Source of the DNA: an uncultured Methylophilaceae bacterium
GTDB lineage: Bacteria > Pseudomonadota > Gammaproteobacteria > Burkholderiales > Methylophilaceae
Assembly: GCA_966238525.1 (NCBI GenBank)
Contig: CBILOJ010000001.1
Location: 1-32,250, forward strand
Direction of reading: 5' to 3'
Length of the DNA stretch: 32,250 nucleotides
The translations under genes and the position numbers were made by a program. How positions within the stretch are numbered: the first letter of the stretch is position 1; each line of letters starts with the position of its first letter. Under the pieces are notes generated by a model. That model was not told the DNA's origin, ran no database searches, and saw nothing but the letters and a program-made list of their open reading frames with translations. Below, piece by piece: positions 1-7,774 of the stretch.

Positions 1-950
1 TCTTGGCGTCTTCCATCGCCTGCTTTTCCTCATTGCGCTTGCGCAGCTCCAGCGCATAGAGCTGCGCCTTGAGCATGGCCATGGCTTCGGCCTTGTTGCG
101 GTGCTGCGAACGGTCGTTCTGGCACTGCACGACGATGCCAGACGGCATGTGCGTGATGCGTACCGCCGAATCGGTCTTGTTGATGTGCTGGCCGCCGGCA
201 CCCGAGGCGCGATAGGTATCGATACGCAGATCGGCCGGATTGATCTCGACCTCGATCGAGTCGTCGACTTCCGGGTAGACGAACACGCTGGCGAACGAGG
301 TATGGCGACGATTACCCGAATCGAACGGCGACTTGCGCACTAGCCGATGCACGCCGCTTTCGGTACGCAGCATGCCGTAGGCGTAATCGCCGGAAATCTT
401 GATCGAGGCACTCTTGATACCGGCCACTTCGGCTTCGGATTCTTCGAGCACTTCCACCTTGAAATCGCGCCGCTCGCAATAACGCAGATACATGCGCAAC
501 AGCATGGAAGCCCAGTCCTGCGCCTCGGTACCGCCCGAACCCGACTGGATATCGAGAAAAGCATTGCTGCCGTCCATGGGCTGGGAAAACATGCGGCGGA
601 ATTCCAGCTCGGCCACGCGCTGCTCAAGCTGTTCACTGTCGGCATCGATACCAAGCAAGGTCGCGTCGTCGTTCTCGTCGCGCGCCATGTCGAACAGCTC
701 GCGGCTGTCGCGCAGGCCGCTTTCGACCTCGGCCAGCGTACCGACCACGAGTTCTAGCTCGCGCTTTTCGCGGCCCAGTTTCTGCGAACGCTCGTTATCT
801 TCCCAGATGCCGGGATCTTCGAGCAGCTGGCTTACTTCTTCCAGGCGCTGTTGCTTGCTTTCGAAGTCAAAGATACCCCCGAAGAGCCAGGTTGCGTTGC
901 GCCAGATCGGCCAGCCGATTGGCGATAGCGTTGATTTTTTCTACTTCCAT
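1..950 (-). CDS. prfB: Peptide chain release factor 2, 3'-partial (runs off the left edge), expressed through a programmed +1 frameshift
   Basis: It is absent from the ORF track because it is split by the frameshift and truncated by the window edge. The minus strand from ATG at 950 reads [27 protein letters not shown] then TGA (869..867). The +1 frame continues [39 protein letters not shown] ... [30 protein letters not shown] ... [71 protein letters not shown] up to position 2. It carries the SPF (RF2-specific) and GGQ motifs. Confidence 0.93.
866..881 (-). other. prfB: prfB programmed +1 ribosomal frameshift site (SD-like GGGGG, then TAT CTT TGA C)
   Basis: The minus strand reads CGGGGGTATCTTTGAC, which from GGGGG onward matches the classical E. 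coli prfB recoding signal AGGGGGUAUCUUUGAC. The in-frame TGA is codon 28. Confidence 0.9.
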
Positions 951-1050
951 GCGCGTCCGTCAAATGATTGAATTCAGTCGGCAATTATACCGCATGCCCC
1001 GCTTCCCGCAGTGTGGGGCTTTACCCGCGACGCTACGATTAATTATAGAA

Positions 1051-1084
1051 TTGTCACAAAAGTGTAATGTTCAACTCCTACGAT
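1051..1084 (+). promoter_or_regulatory. Pho box (TTGTCAC-AAAA-GTGTAAT) plus candidate -10 (TACGAT) of the pstS promoter
   Basis: The 7-4-7 repeat at 1051..1068 resembles the PhoB consensus CTGTCAT-AWAW-CTGTCAY. Exactly 10 nt separate it from TACGAT (1079..1084), the spacing seen in E. coli Pho promoters. It lies about 45 nt upstream of the pstS ATG. Confidence 0.6.
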
Positions 1085-1128
1085 AGCGTCGGTTTCATTA
1101 CATACCCAAACTGCTCCAGGAGATTTAC

Positions 1129-2181
1129 ATGCGGAACCTTAGTCGCTTTTTCCTTCACGCCAGCGCAGCAGCGAGCTTGCTGCTGGCTTCCAGTGCCTAC
1201 GCCCTGGACCTCACCGGCGCAGGCGCCACCTTCCCCTATCCGATCTACGCCAAATGGGCCGAGGCTTACCATAAGCAAACCGGCGTCAAACTCAACTATC
1301 AGTCGATTGGCTCGGGCGGCGGCATCAAGCAGATCAGCAACAAGACCGTGGATTTCGGTGCTTCCGACATGCCCTTGAAACCGGAAGAGTTGGAAGAGAA
1401 AGGCCTGATCCAGTTCCCGACCGTAGTCGGCGGCGTGGTGCCGGTCATCAATATCCCTGGCGTCAAGACCGGCACGCTCAAGCTCAGCGGCCCGGTCCTG
1501 GCCGATATTTTCATGAAGAAGATCACCAAGTGGGACGATCCGGCGATCAAGGCGCTGAATCCTTCGCTCAGCCTGCCAAACAAGACCATTGCCGTGGTCC
1601 ATCGCTCCGATGGCTCAGGCACCACCTTCGTCTTCACCAATTATCTATCCAAGGTCAGCCCGGCGTGGGGTAAGACAGTTGGCGCCAATACTGCTGTTTC
1701 CTGGCCTACCGGCCTTGGCGGCAAGGGTAACGAAGGTGTGGCTTCCTACGTTCAGCGCATCAAGAATTCGATCGGCTACGTCGAATACGCCTATGCAAAA
1801 CAGAACCACCTGACGTCGACCCTGCTGCAAAATGCCGAGGGCGCATTCGTTCAGCCAGACATCAAGACTTTCCAGTCCGCCGCACAATACGCTAAATGGG
1901 ACAAAGCCCCTGGCTTGTACGAAATCCTGACCAACGAGCCAGGCAAGGACAGCTGGCCGATCGCCGGTGCCACTTTCATCCTCATGCACAAGTCGCAAGC
2001 CAATCCGGCCAAGGCCAACGAGGTGCTCAAATTTTTCAATTGGAGCTATACGAATGGGGATAAAATGGCGGAATCGCTGGACTATGTACCCATGCCGGAT
2101 AGCGTCGTCCAGCTGATCAATACCCACTGGAAAAGCAATCTCAAGAACAAAGAAGGCGCCGACTTCGTAGCAGTGCAGTGA
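1129..2181 (+). CDS. pstS: Phosphate ABC transporter substrate-binding protein PstS
   Basis: 350 aa. Signal peptide ending SSAYA/LD, then GAGATFPYPIYAKWAEAY...NYQSIGSGGGIKQ typical of PstS. AGGAG sits 6 nt before the ATG. It is followed by pstCAB. Confidence 0.95.
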   Translation: MRNLSRFFLHASAAASLLLASSAYALDLTGAGATFPYPIYAKWAEAYHKQTGVKLNYQSIGSGGGIKQISNKTVDFGASDMPLKPEELEEKGLIQFPTVVGGVVPVINIPGVKTGTLKLSGPVLADIFMKKITKWDDPAIKALNPSLSLPNKTIAVVHRSDGSGTTFVFTNYLSKVSPAWGKTVGANTAVSWPTGLGGKGNEGVASYVQRIKNSIGYVEYAYAKQNHLTSTLLQNAEGAFVQPDIKTFQSAAQYAKWDKAPGLYEILTNEPGKDSWPIAGATFILMHKSQANPAKANEVLKFFNWSYTNGDKMAESLDYVPMPDSVVQLINTHWKSNLKNKEGADFVAVQ

Positions 2182-2223
2182 TGCAAAAGTCGCCGCGGGC
2201 TTCTATAATCAGCCCTTGCTAAG

Positions 2224-2272
2224 AAACCGCGACGGAGGATATACACATCTTCCTCCGCCGTGGTTTTGCATG
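2224..2272 (+). terminator. Intercistronic hairpin with T-rich tail between pstS and pstC (partial terminator or mRNA stabiliser)
   Basis: AAACCGCGACGGAGGA-(loop)-TCCTCCGCCGTGGTTTT has a 7-bp perfect core (CGGAGGA/TCCTCCG) extended by further pairs with one mismatch and one G-U wobble. It is followed by TTTTGCATGTTT. Confidence 0.45.
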
Positions 2273-2300
2273 TTTCATCTCAACCAAAGAGTCGCTACCG

Positions 2301-3257
2301 ATGCCTAGTGCGCCGCCGAGATACAATGTGGGAGCTTTGCTGGACAAAGTTTTCCGCAATACCACGCTAACCTTCGCCTTTCTGGTTTTTGCCATACTTT
2401 TCGGCATCTTCATTGTTCTCTTCATTTCCAGTCTGCCCGCACTGAGCCACTTCGGCCTGTCATTTTTCGGCAGCGCGAAGTGGGACCCGGTCACCGAAGA
2501 ATTCGGCGCCCTGGTACCGATCTACGGCACGCTGGTAACCTCGGCGATTGCCATGCTGATCGGCATACCGGTCAGCTTCGGCATCGCGCTATTCATTACA
2601 GAACTGACGCCGCGCTTTCTCAAGCGTCCGCTCGGTATCGCCATTGAACTGCTGGCTGGCATTCCCAGCATCATCTACGGCATGTGGGGGCTGTTCGTGT
2701 TCGCGCCCTTCTTCGCCGACAACATTCAGCCCTGGATGAACGATCACCTGGGCAGCCTGCCGCTGATCGGCGCGCTGTTCGAGGGGCCGCCGCTCGGGAT
2801 CGGCATGCTGACTGCCGGCATCATTCTCGCGGTGATGGTCATCCCCTTCACCACCGCCGTCATGCGCGACGTATTCGAAGTCGTGCCGTCCATGCTCAAG
2901 GAATCCGCCTATGCCATGGGCGCGACCACCTGGGAAGTGGTGTGGCATATCGTGCTGCCCTATACCAAGGTGGGCGTGGTCGGCGGCATCATGCTGGGCC
3001 TGGGGCGCGCGCTCGGTGAAACCATGGCGGTCACCTTCGTTATCGGCAATGCCCATGAGCTCTCGACTTCGCTCATGATGCCGGGCAACACGATCTCCTC
3101 GGCACTGGCCAACGAATTCACCGAAGCGGTCGGCGATCTCTACACTTCGTCGCTGATCACGCTGGGCCTGACGCTGTTCTTCATCACGCTGATCGTCCTG
3201 TCACTATCCAAGCTGCTGCTGATCAAGCTGTCGTCGCGGGAGGGCAAACAGGCATGA
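2301..3257 (+). CDS. pstC: Phosphate ABC transporter permease PstC
   Basis: 318 aa polytopic membrane protein between pstS and pstA. Its stop overlaps the pstA start (ATGA). Confidence 0.92.
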   Translation: MPSAPPRYNVGALLDKVFRNTTLTFAFLVFAILFGIFIVLFISSLPALSHFGLSFFGSAKWDPVTEEFGALVPIYGTLVTSAIAMLIGIPVSFGIALFITELTPRFLKRPLGIAIELLAGIPSIIYGMWGLFVFAPFFADNIQPWMNDHLGSLPLIGALFEGPPLGIGMLTAGIILAVMVIPFTTAVMRDVFEVVPSMLKESAYAMGATTWEVVWHIVLPYTKVGVVGGIMLGLGRALGETMAVTFVIGNAHELSTSLMMPGNTISSALANEFTEAVGDLYTSSLITLGLTLFFITLIVLSLSKLLLIKLSSREGKQA

Positions 3258-4108
3258 AGAACTTCAACAACCGGCGCTACCTGATGCGCCGCTGCATCAA
3301 CAGCTTCAATCTGGCCATGTCCATGGTCACGCTGGTATTCGCACTGACCTTCCTGTTCTGGATCCTGTGGACGCTGTTCAGCAACGGTTTTTCTTATCTG
3401 ACCCTGCACGTGCTGACCGAAATGACGCCGCCGCCGGGCAGCGATGGCGGTCTCTTAAACGCCATCGTCGGCAGCATGATGATGGTCGCCGTCGCCGTGC
3501 TCATCGGCACGCCGATCGGCATTCTGGCCGGTACCTATCTTGCCGAGTTCGGGCGCGCCGGCTGGCTGGCGCCGGCTACGCGCTTCATCAACGACATCCT
3601 GCTGTCTGCGCCCTCCATCGTCATCGGCCTCTTCGTCTATGAAGTTGCCGTGCATAGCGCCGGGCATTTTTCCGGATGGGCCGGTGCACTGGCACTGGCG
3701 TTGATCGTATTGCCGGTCGTGGTGCGCACCACGGAAAACATGCTGCAGCTGGTGCCGAACAGCCTGCGCGAAGCGGCCGCCGCATTAGGCGCCCCACAGT
3801 GGAAAGTGGTCGTCATGATTTCCTACCGCGCGGCACGCGCCGGCATCATGACCGGCCTGCTGCTGGCGGTCGCGCGCATCAGCGGCGAAACAGCCCCGCT
3901 ATTATTCACCGCACTCAACAACCAGTTCTGGACCACCGACCTCAGCAGTCCGATGTCCAGCCTGGCCGTCGTTATTTTCCAATTCGCCATGAGCCCGTTC
4001 GAAGACTGGCAGAACCTGGCCTGGGCCGGCGCACTGCTGATCACCCTGTTCGTCCTGGGGCTGAACATTCTGGCGCGTTCGCTGTTCCGCCCGAGCAGCA
4101 ACTCATAA
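3254..4108 (+). CDS. pstA: Phosphate ABC transporter permease PstA
   Basis: 284 aa polytopic membrane protein, translationally coupled to pstC and followed by pstB. Confidence 0.92.
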   Translation: MKNFNNRRYLMRRCINSFNLAMSMVTLVFALTFLFWILWTLFSNGFSYLTLHVLTEMTPPPGSDGGLLNAIVGSMMMVAVAVLIGTPIGILAGTYLAEFGRAGWLAPATRFINDILLSAPSIVIGLFVYEVAVHSAGHFSGWAGALALALIVLPVVVRTTENMLQLVPNSLREAAAALGAPQWKVVVMISYRAARAGIMTGLLLAVARISGETAPLLFTALNNQFWTTDLSSPMSSLAVVIFQFAMSPFEDWQNLAWAGALLITLFVLGLNILARSLFRPSSNS

Positions 4109-4128
4109 CGGTTTAATCAGGAACACAC

Positions 4129-4899
4129 ATGCAAACTCAAACCACCGTGCCAAAGATCGCCGTCCAGAACCTGAGCTTCTACTACGGCAACTTCAAGGCA
4201 TTGAAAGACATCAACCTCTCGATTCCGGGCAACGTGGTCACCGCGTTCATCGGCCCCTCCGGCTGTGGCAAATCGACCTTGCTGCGCACCTTCAACCGCA
4301 TGTATGAGCTCTATCCCAAGCTGCGCGCCGAAGGCGAGATCCTGCTCGACGGCAAGAGCATTTTCCGCGCCGAGCAGGATCTCAACCTGCTGCGTGCCAT
4401 GGTCGGCATGGTGTTCCAGAAACCGACACCGTTCCCGATGTCGATCTACGATAATGTCGCATTCGGTATCAAGCTCTACGAAAAGCTGCCCAAGTACGAG
4501 CTCGACCAGCGCGTGGAATGGGCGCTGAAGAAGGCCGCATTGTGGAACGAAGTCAAGGACAAGCTAGACCAGAGCGGTGCCAGCCTTTCCGGCGGCCAGC
4601 AGCAACGTTTGTGCATCGCACGTTGTATCGCCGTCAAACCTGAGGTGCTGTTGCTCGACGAACCCTGCTCCGCACTGGATCCGATCTCGACCGCGCGTAT
4701 CGAGGAATTGATCCACGAGCTTAAATCCGAATACACCACCGTCATAGTCACGCACAACATGCAGCAAGCGGCACGCGTTTCCGATTACACCGCCTATATG
4801 TATCTGGGCGAGCTGATCGAATTCGGCAGCACAGACGCCATGTTCACCAAGCCCACGCGCAAGGAAACCGAAGACTACATTACCGGTAAATTCGGCTGA
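4129..4899 (+). CDS. pstB: Phosphate ABC transporter ATP-binding protein PstB
   Basis: 256 aa. Walker [13 protein letters not shown] signature LSGGQQQRL, Walker B LLLDEP. The overall sequence is typical of PstB. Confidence 0.96.
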   Translation: MQTQTTVPKIAVQNLSFYYGNFKALKDINLSIPGNVVTAFIGPSGCGKSTLLRTFNRMYELYPKLRAEGEILLDGKSIFRAEQDLNLLRAMVGMVFQKPTPFPMSIYDNVAFGIKLYEKLPKYELDQRVEWALKKAALWNEVKDKLDQSGASLSGGQQQRLCIARCIAVKPEVLLLDEPCSALDPISTARIEELIHELKSEYTTVIVTHNMQQAARVSDYTAYMYLGELIEFGSTDAMFTKPTRKETEDYITGKFG

Positions 4900-4913
4900 C
4901 TCTACTTGCCATG

Positions 4914-4947
4914 CAAAAAGCCGGCATCATTGCCGGCTTTTTTATTA
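4914..4947 (+). terminator. Rho-independent terminator of pstSCAB
   Basis: AAAAAGCCGGCA-TCAT-TGCCGGCTTTTTT is a perfect GC-rich stem with a T run, about 15 nt after the pstB stop. Confidence 0.85.
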
Positions 4948-5010
4948 TCTGCGTGTCCCATTGCAATCTGGTTCGCAACCTGCGGTTGCAAACCCTATGT
5001 TACTGCAATG

Positions 5011-5037
5011 CAAAAGCCGGCGTCGCCGGATTTTATC
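5011..5037 (-). terminator. Hairpin terminator downstream of the GT4 gene (bidirectional in appearance)
   Basis: The minus strand reads AAAATCCGGCGACGCCGGCTTTTG. The stem CCGGCG/CGCCGG is flanked by A and T runs, about 55 nt after the GT4 stop (5089). Confidence 0.55.
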
Positions 5038-5088
5038 GTATGTATCACGCGCAACGATAGGATTGATCGCCCGGCAATGCTCGCAGCC

Positions 5089-6303
5089 TTACCCTGCCGT
5101 CACGCCCTCCATCACTGCCTGCGCAGCCTCGCTCCCGCTCCTACCTAGCACCTGGCGATAAAACCCCAGCATGCGCTCGGCCTGGACGTTGGCGGTCCAT
5201 TGCGTGCTGACGTAACGTCGCCCCGCCTCTCCCAGCCGTTGGCGCAAGCCTGCGTCATTGAGCAACCTATGCGCTTTCTCGGCAAAAATACTTTCATCGC
5301 GCGGTGCGATTGAAGCACCTTCGCCTTCAATGAGGATGGAACGTGTGCCAAGCTCGGCGATCGCCACTACGGGCACGGCCTGCGCCATGGCCTCCAGCAG
5401 CACCAGTCCCTGGGTTTCCGACAACGAGGAAAACACGAACAGGTCCGCTGCCCGATAGCAGGCGTTGAGATCCGTATCTCGATTCAGATAACCGATGAAG
5501 CGGACATTGTCCTGCAGGCCCAGCTCGATGCTCATTTGCTGCAAGCTTGGCTGTGCCGGCCCCTCGCCCGCGATCAGCAGCAGCACGTCCGGCAGCTTGC
5601 GCCGCAGCTCGGCCGCCATGCGCAGCAGGAAGTCGATATTTTTCTCGAAGGCCACGCGGCCCAGATAAAGCATGACCGGGCGCTCCGGCATGATGCCATA
5701 ACGTGCGCGGAACAGTGCACCGTCGGCGCGCTCGAAACGCGTTGCCGGCAGGCCGGTGGCCACCACCTCGGCTGGAGTATCGACACCATACTGGCGCAAC
5801 ACATCGAGTAGCGGCTGCGACGGCGCGATGATGCCGTCGACGGCGTTGCATTGCCGCCGCGAAATCTGGCGCGCCAGGCCGCGTGCCAACGGCCGCGGTA
5901 TCCACGGCAAATAATGATGCAGGTAATCTTCGAAAAAGGTGTGATATGTAGCTACGCACGGCACATCGAGCAGATGCGCCAGCCGCAACCCCAGGTAATG
6001 TGCGACGAAGGGCGTATGGATATGCACCAGATCGTAATTTTCGCGCCGCAGTGCCTGCAACTGCGTTAGTGCTTCCCCGTAACGCATGAGCCGGTCTTCG
6101 GGATCGAAAAAGATACGGCGAGCGGGGATACGGTTGATCCAGCATTCGTCTGGAGTCGGCATCTCGCCTGCGGCCTGATAAGCCGGCGCCAACAGATGCA
6201 CTTCGTGCCCCATCTGCTGCAGTTGCGTAACGAAGGTCCGGATCGAGGTAGAAACGCCGTTGACGCGCGGGAAGTAAACATCGGAGAGATAGAGAATCTT
6301 CAT
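5089..6303 (-). CDS. Family 4 (retaining, GT-B) glycosyltransferase, possibly diacylglycerol glycosyltransferase-like
   Basis: 404 aa. N-terminal MKILYLSDVYFPRVNGVSTSI, then HIHTPF and TYHTFFEDYLHHY. EX7E motif is ETQGLVLLE. The subgroup assignment rests on my recollection of GT4 UGDG-like motifs, not on a search. Confidence 0.85.
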   Translation of the reverse strand: MKILYLSDVYFPRVNGVSTSIRTFVTQLQQMGHEVHLLAPAYQAAGEMPTPDECWINRIPARRIFFDPEDRLMRYGEALTQLQALRRENYDLVHIHTPFVAHYLGLRLAHLLDVPCVATYHTFFEDYLHHYLPWIPRPLARGLARQISRRQCNAVDGIIAPSQPLLDVLRQYGVDTPAEVVATGLPATRFERADGALFRARYGIMPERPVMLYLGRVAFEKNIDFLLRMAAELRRKLPDVLLLIAGEGPAQPSLQQMSIELGLQDNVRFIGYLNRDTDLNACYRAADLFVFSSLSETQGLVLLEAMAQAVPVVAIAELGTRSILIEGEGASIAPRDESIFAEKAHRLLNDAGLRQRLGEAGRRYVSTQWTANVQAERMLGFYRQVLGRSGSEAAQAVMEGVTAG

Positions 6304-6357
6304 GCGTTCTTTCGTTTCGTTGAGGAACGGCCCGGTACCTTGGGCCGGTTAACGAAA

Positions 6358-6391
6358 ATGCTAGCGAAATAACATGACAGATTCATGAAGC
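6358..6391 (-). promoter_or_regulatory. Pho-box-like element plus candidate -10 upstream of the GT4 gene
   Basis: The minus strand reads GCTTCAT-GAAT-CTGTCAT (6391..6374), then 10 nt, then TAGCAT (6363..6358). The proximal repeat is a perfect CTGTCAT. It lies about 55 to 90 nt upstream of the GT4 ATG at 6303. Confidence 0.4.
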
Positions 6392-6461
6392 CGCAACACA
6401 TGCAGTGCAGCTTGGTGCAATTACGGTGGTATCAAGCCTTGCTGGATCTGGCTCGACTACA

Positions 6462-6830
6462 TCAAGTGAAAATCAGCAATCCCCAGACGACGACGAGGTT
6501 GACCAGGCTCAATAGTACCGCCGCGCTGCCGATATCCTTGGCACGCTTGGCCAAGGTGTGGTTTTCCAGCGAAATGCGATCCACGGTGGCTTCGATCGCG
6601 GAATTCAGCAATTCGACAATGATGACGAGCAATACGCTGCCGATCATCAATGCGCGCGCAATTGCGCCTTCGCCCAGATAAAAGGCCAACGGCACCAGGA
6701 TCACCGCCAGCAGCACTTCCTGGCGAAAGGCATCCTCATTGCGGTAAGCGGCGGCAAGACCGGCCAGCGAATAGCCGAGCGCGTTGCATACACGGCGCAG
6801 GCCGGTCTTGCCTTTGTATGGGCTTTCCAT
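6462..6830 (-). CDS. dgkA: Diacylglycerol kinase (DgkA family)
   Basis: 122 aa from the internal ATG at 6830 (MESPYKGKTGLRRVCNALGYSLAGLAAAYRNEDAFRQE...VELLNSAIEATVDRIS...AKDIGSAAV), the typical length and sequence for DgkA. The longer 162-aa ORF adds a Cys/Arg-rich non-homologous extension. Confidence 0.88.
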   Translation of the reverse strand: MESPYKGKTGLRRVCNALGYSLAGLAAAYRNEDAFRQEVLLAVILVPLAFYLGEGAIARALMIGSVLLVIIVELLNSAIEATVDRISLENHTLAKRAKDIGSAAVLLSLVNLVVVWGLLIFT

Positions 6831-6924
6831 GTTGTTCCAATCAGCAGAGGGATAAAACGTTGCTACAGCGCGGCAGTATAACAAAGAGGCGCCAGATGAT
6901 GGCGTAGCGCGTGGATGATGACGG

Positions 6925-7503
6925 TTACAGCAGCAGCATGAGGCCGGCAATCAGCGCGCCTATGGCGGCGCCAGCGGTGACGTCGCTGGGATAATGCAGT
7001 CCGAGCACCACGCGCGACAGCGCAACGAGCACGATGAACGGCAGCACAAGCCCCGCCAGTGCCGGATAGTAGGCCAGTATCACCACACCGAGCGCGACGG
7101 CATTGAGCGTGTGGCCGGAGGGAAAGCTGAAACGGTCCAGCGGAATGCCGGTCAGGGCAATATCCTGATGTACTTCGTAAGGCCGAGGTCGCAAGGTATG
7201 GCCCTTCAGCCACTTGTACAACAGTGTGGCGCAAATGCCGGTGGCGGCAATATGCAGGCATGGCAGCAAGGCTGCTGCGCCCTCGCTCAGCAAGAGACCG
7301 AGCATGATGGCATACCAGAACACGCCGTCGCCGAGCCGGCTGACGAGGCGGAAAAAGCGCCGTACCCAGACATGGCGGCTGGTTTGGTTGATGCGTAAAC
7401 AAAGAGCACTGTCGAATGCGCACATGCGCATGAAATAAAGACCGGGGCGCTGCATCAGACGGCTGGCCCGGGACGGCGGGAGGTCGCTGCTGGAAATGGT
7501 CAT
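6925..7503 (-). CDS. PAP2-family (type 2 phosphatidic acid phosphatase superfamily) membrane phosphatase; start uncertain (7503 preferred, 7572 possible)
   Basis: All three PAP2 motifs are present: KGHTLRPRP (KX6RP), PSGH and SRVVLGLHYPSD (SRX5HX3D). The first 23 codons of the long ORF are AT3-rich (about 8 of 22 codons end in G or C) and coincide with the Pho-box-like repeats, so I prefer ATG 7503. GAGGTGG lies just upstream of ATG 7572, which keeps that alternative open. Confidence 0.8.
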   Translation of the reverse strand: MTISSSDLPPSRASRLMQRPGLYFMRMCAFDSALCLRINQTSRHVWVRRFFRLVSRLGDGVFWYAIMLGLLLSEGAAALLPCLHIAATGICATLLYKWLKGHTLRPRPYEVHQDIALTGIPLDRFSFPSGHTLNAVALGVVILAYYPALAGLVLPFIVLVALSRVVLGLHYPSDVTAGAAIGALIAGLMLLL

Positions 7504-7525
7504 GCGCGCATCATGGCGCGCCGAT

Positions 7526-7565
7526 GTAAATGCTGAGTGAAGGTTTTGTGATGGTTTTGTGACAG
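7526..7565 (-). promoter_or_regulatory. Array of 11-bp-phased Pho-box-like repeats upstream of (or in the extreme 5' end of) the PAP2 gene
   Basis: The minus strand reads CTGTCAC-AAAA-CCATCAC-AAAA-CCTTCAC-TCAG-CATTTAC. The first 10-mer TGTCACAAAA is identical to the one in the pstS Pho box (1052..1061). Confidence 0.5.
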
Positions 7566-7774
7566 ATACCATGCCACCTCAGGGCTGGTTTACACAGGCT
7601 CAGTCATCAAAGATGGTCATGGCCTGGAATTCACTGGCAGCTGGATTCCAGCGTGTGCTGGAATGACGGTTTAAGCCATGACCCCGGAACAATGAGTTCT
7701 TTGCTAAACATGCGCGCCCCAACACCGGCTCGATGACCGGATGCTGCTTTCGCCGAATGCGGGCTGAAAAATAG

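Noticed and set aside
4906-5161. 80-aa and 66-aa plus-strand ORFs in the pstB-GT4 intergenic region.
   Set aside because: They run through two terminator hairpins and into the convergent GT4 gene. They have no RBS and Cys/Arg-rich nonsense-like sequence.
7635-7650. Sigma54-like motif TGGCAG-N5-TTCCA on the plus strand.
   Set aside because: The -12 element is TTCC rather than TTGC. The motif points into the 3' end of glmM in antisense, with no plus-strand gene downstream. It is better explained as part of the CTGGAAT repeat structure.
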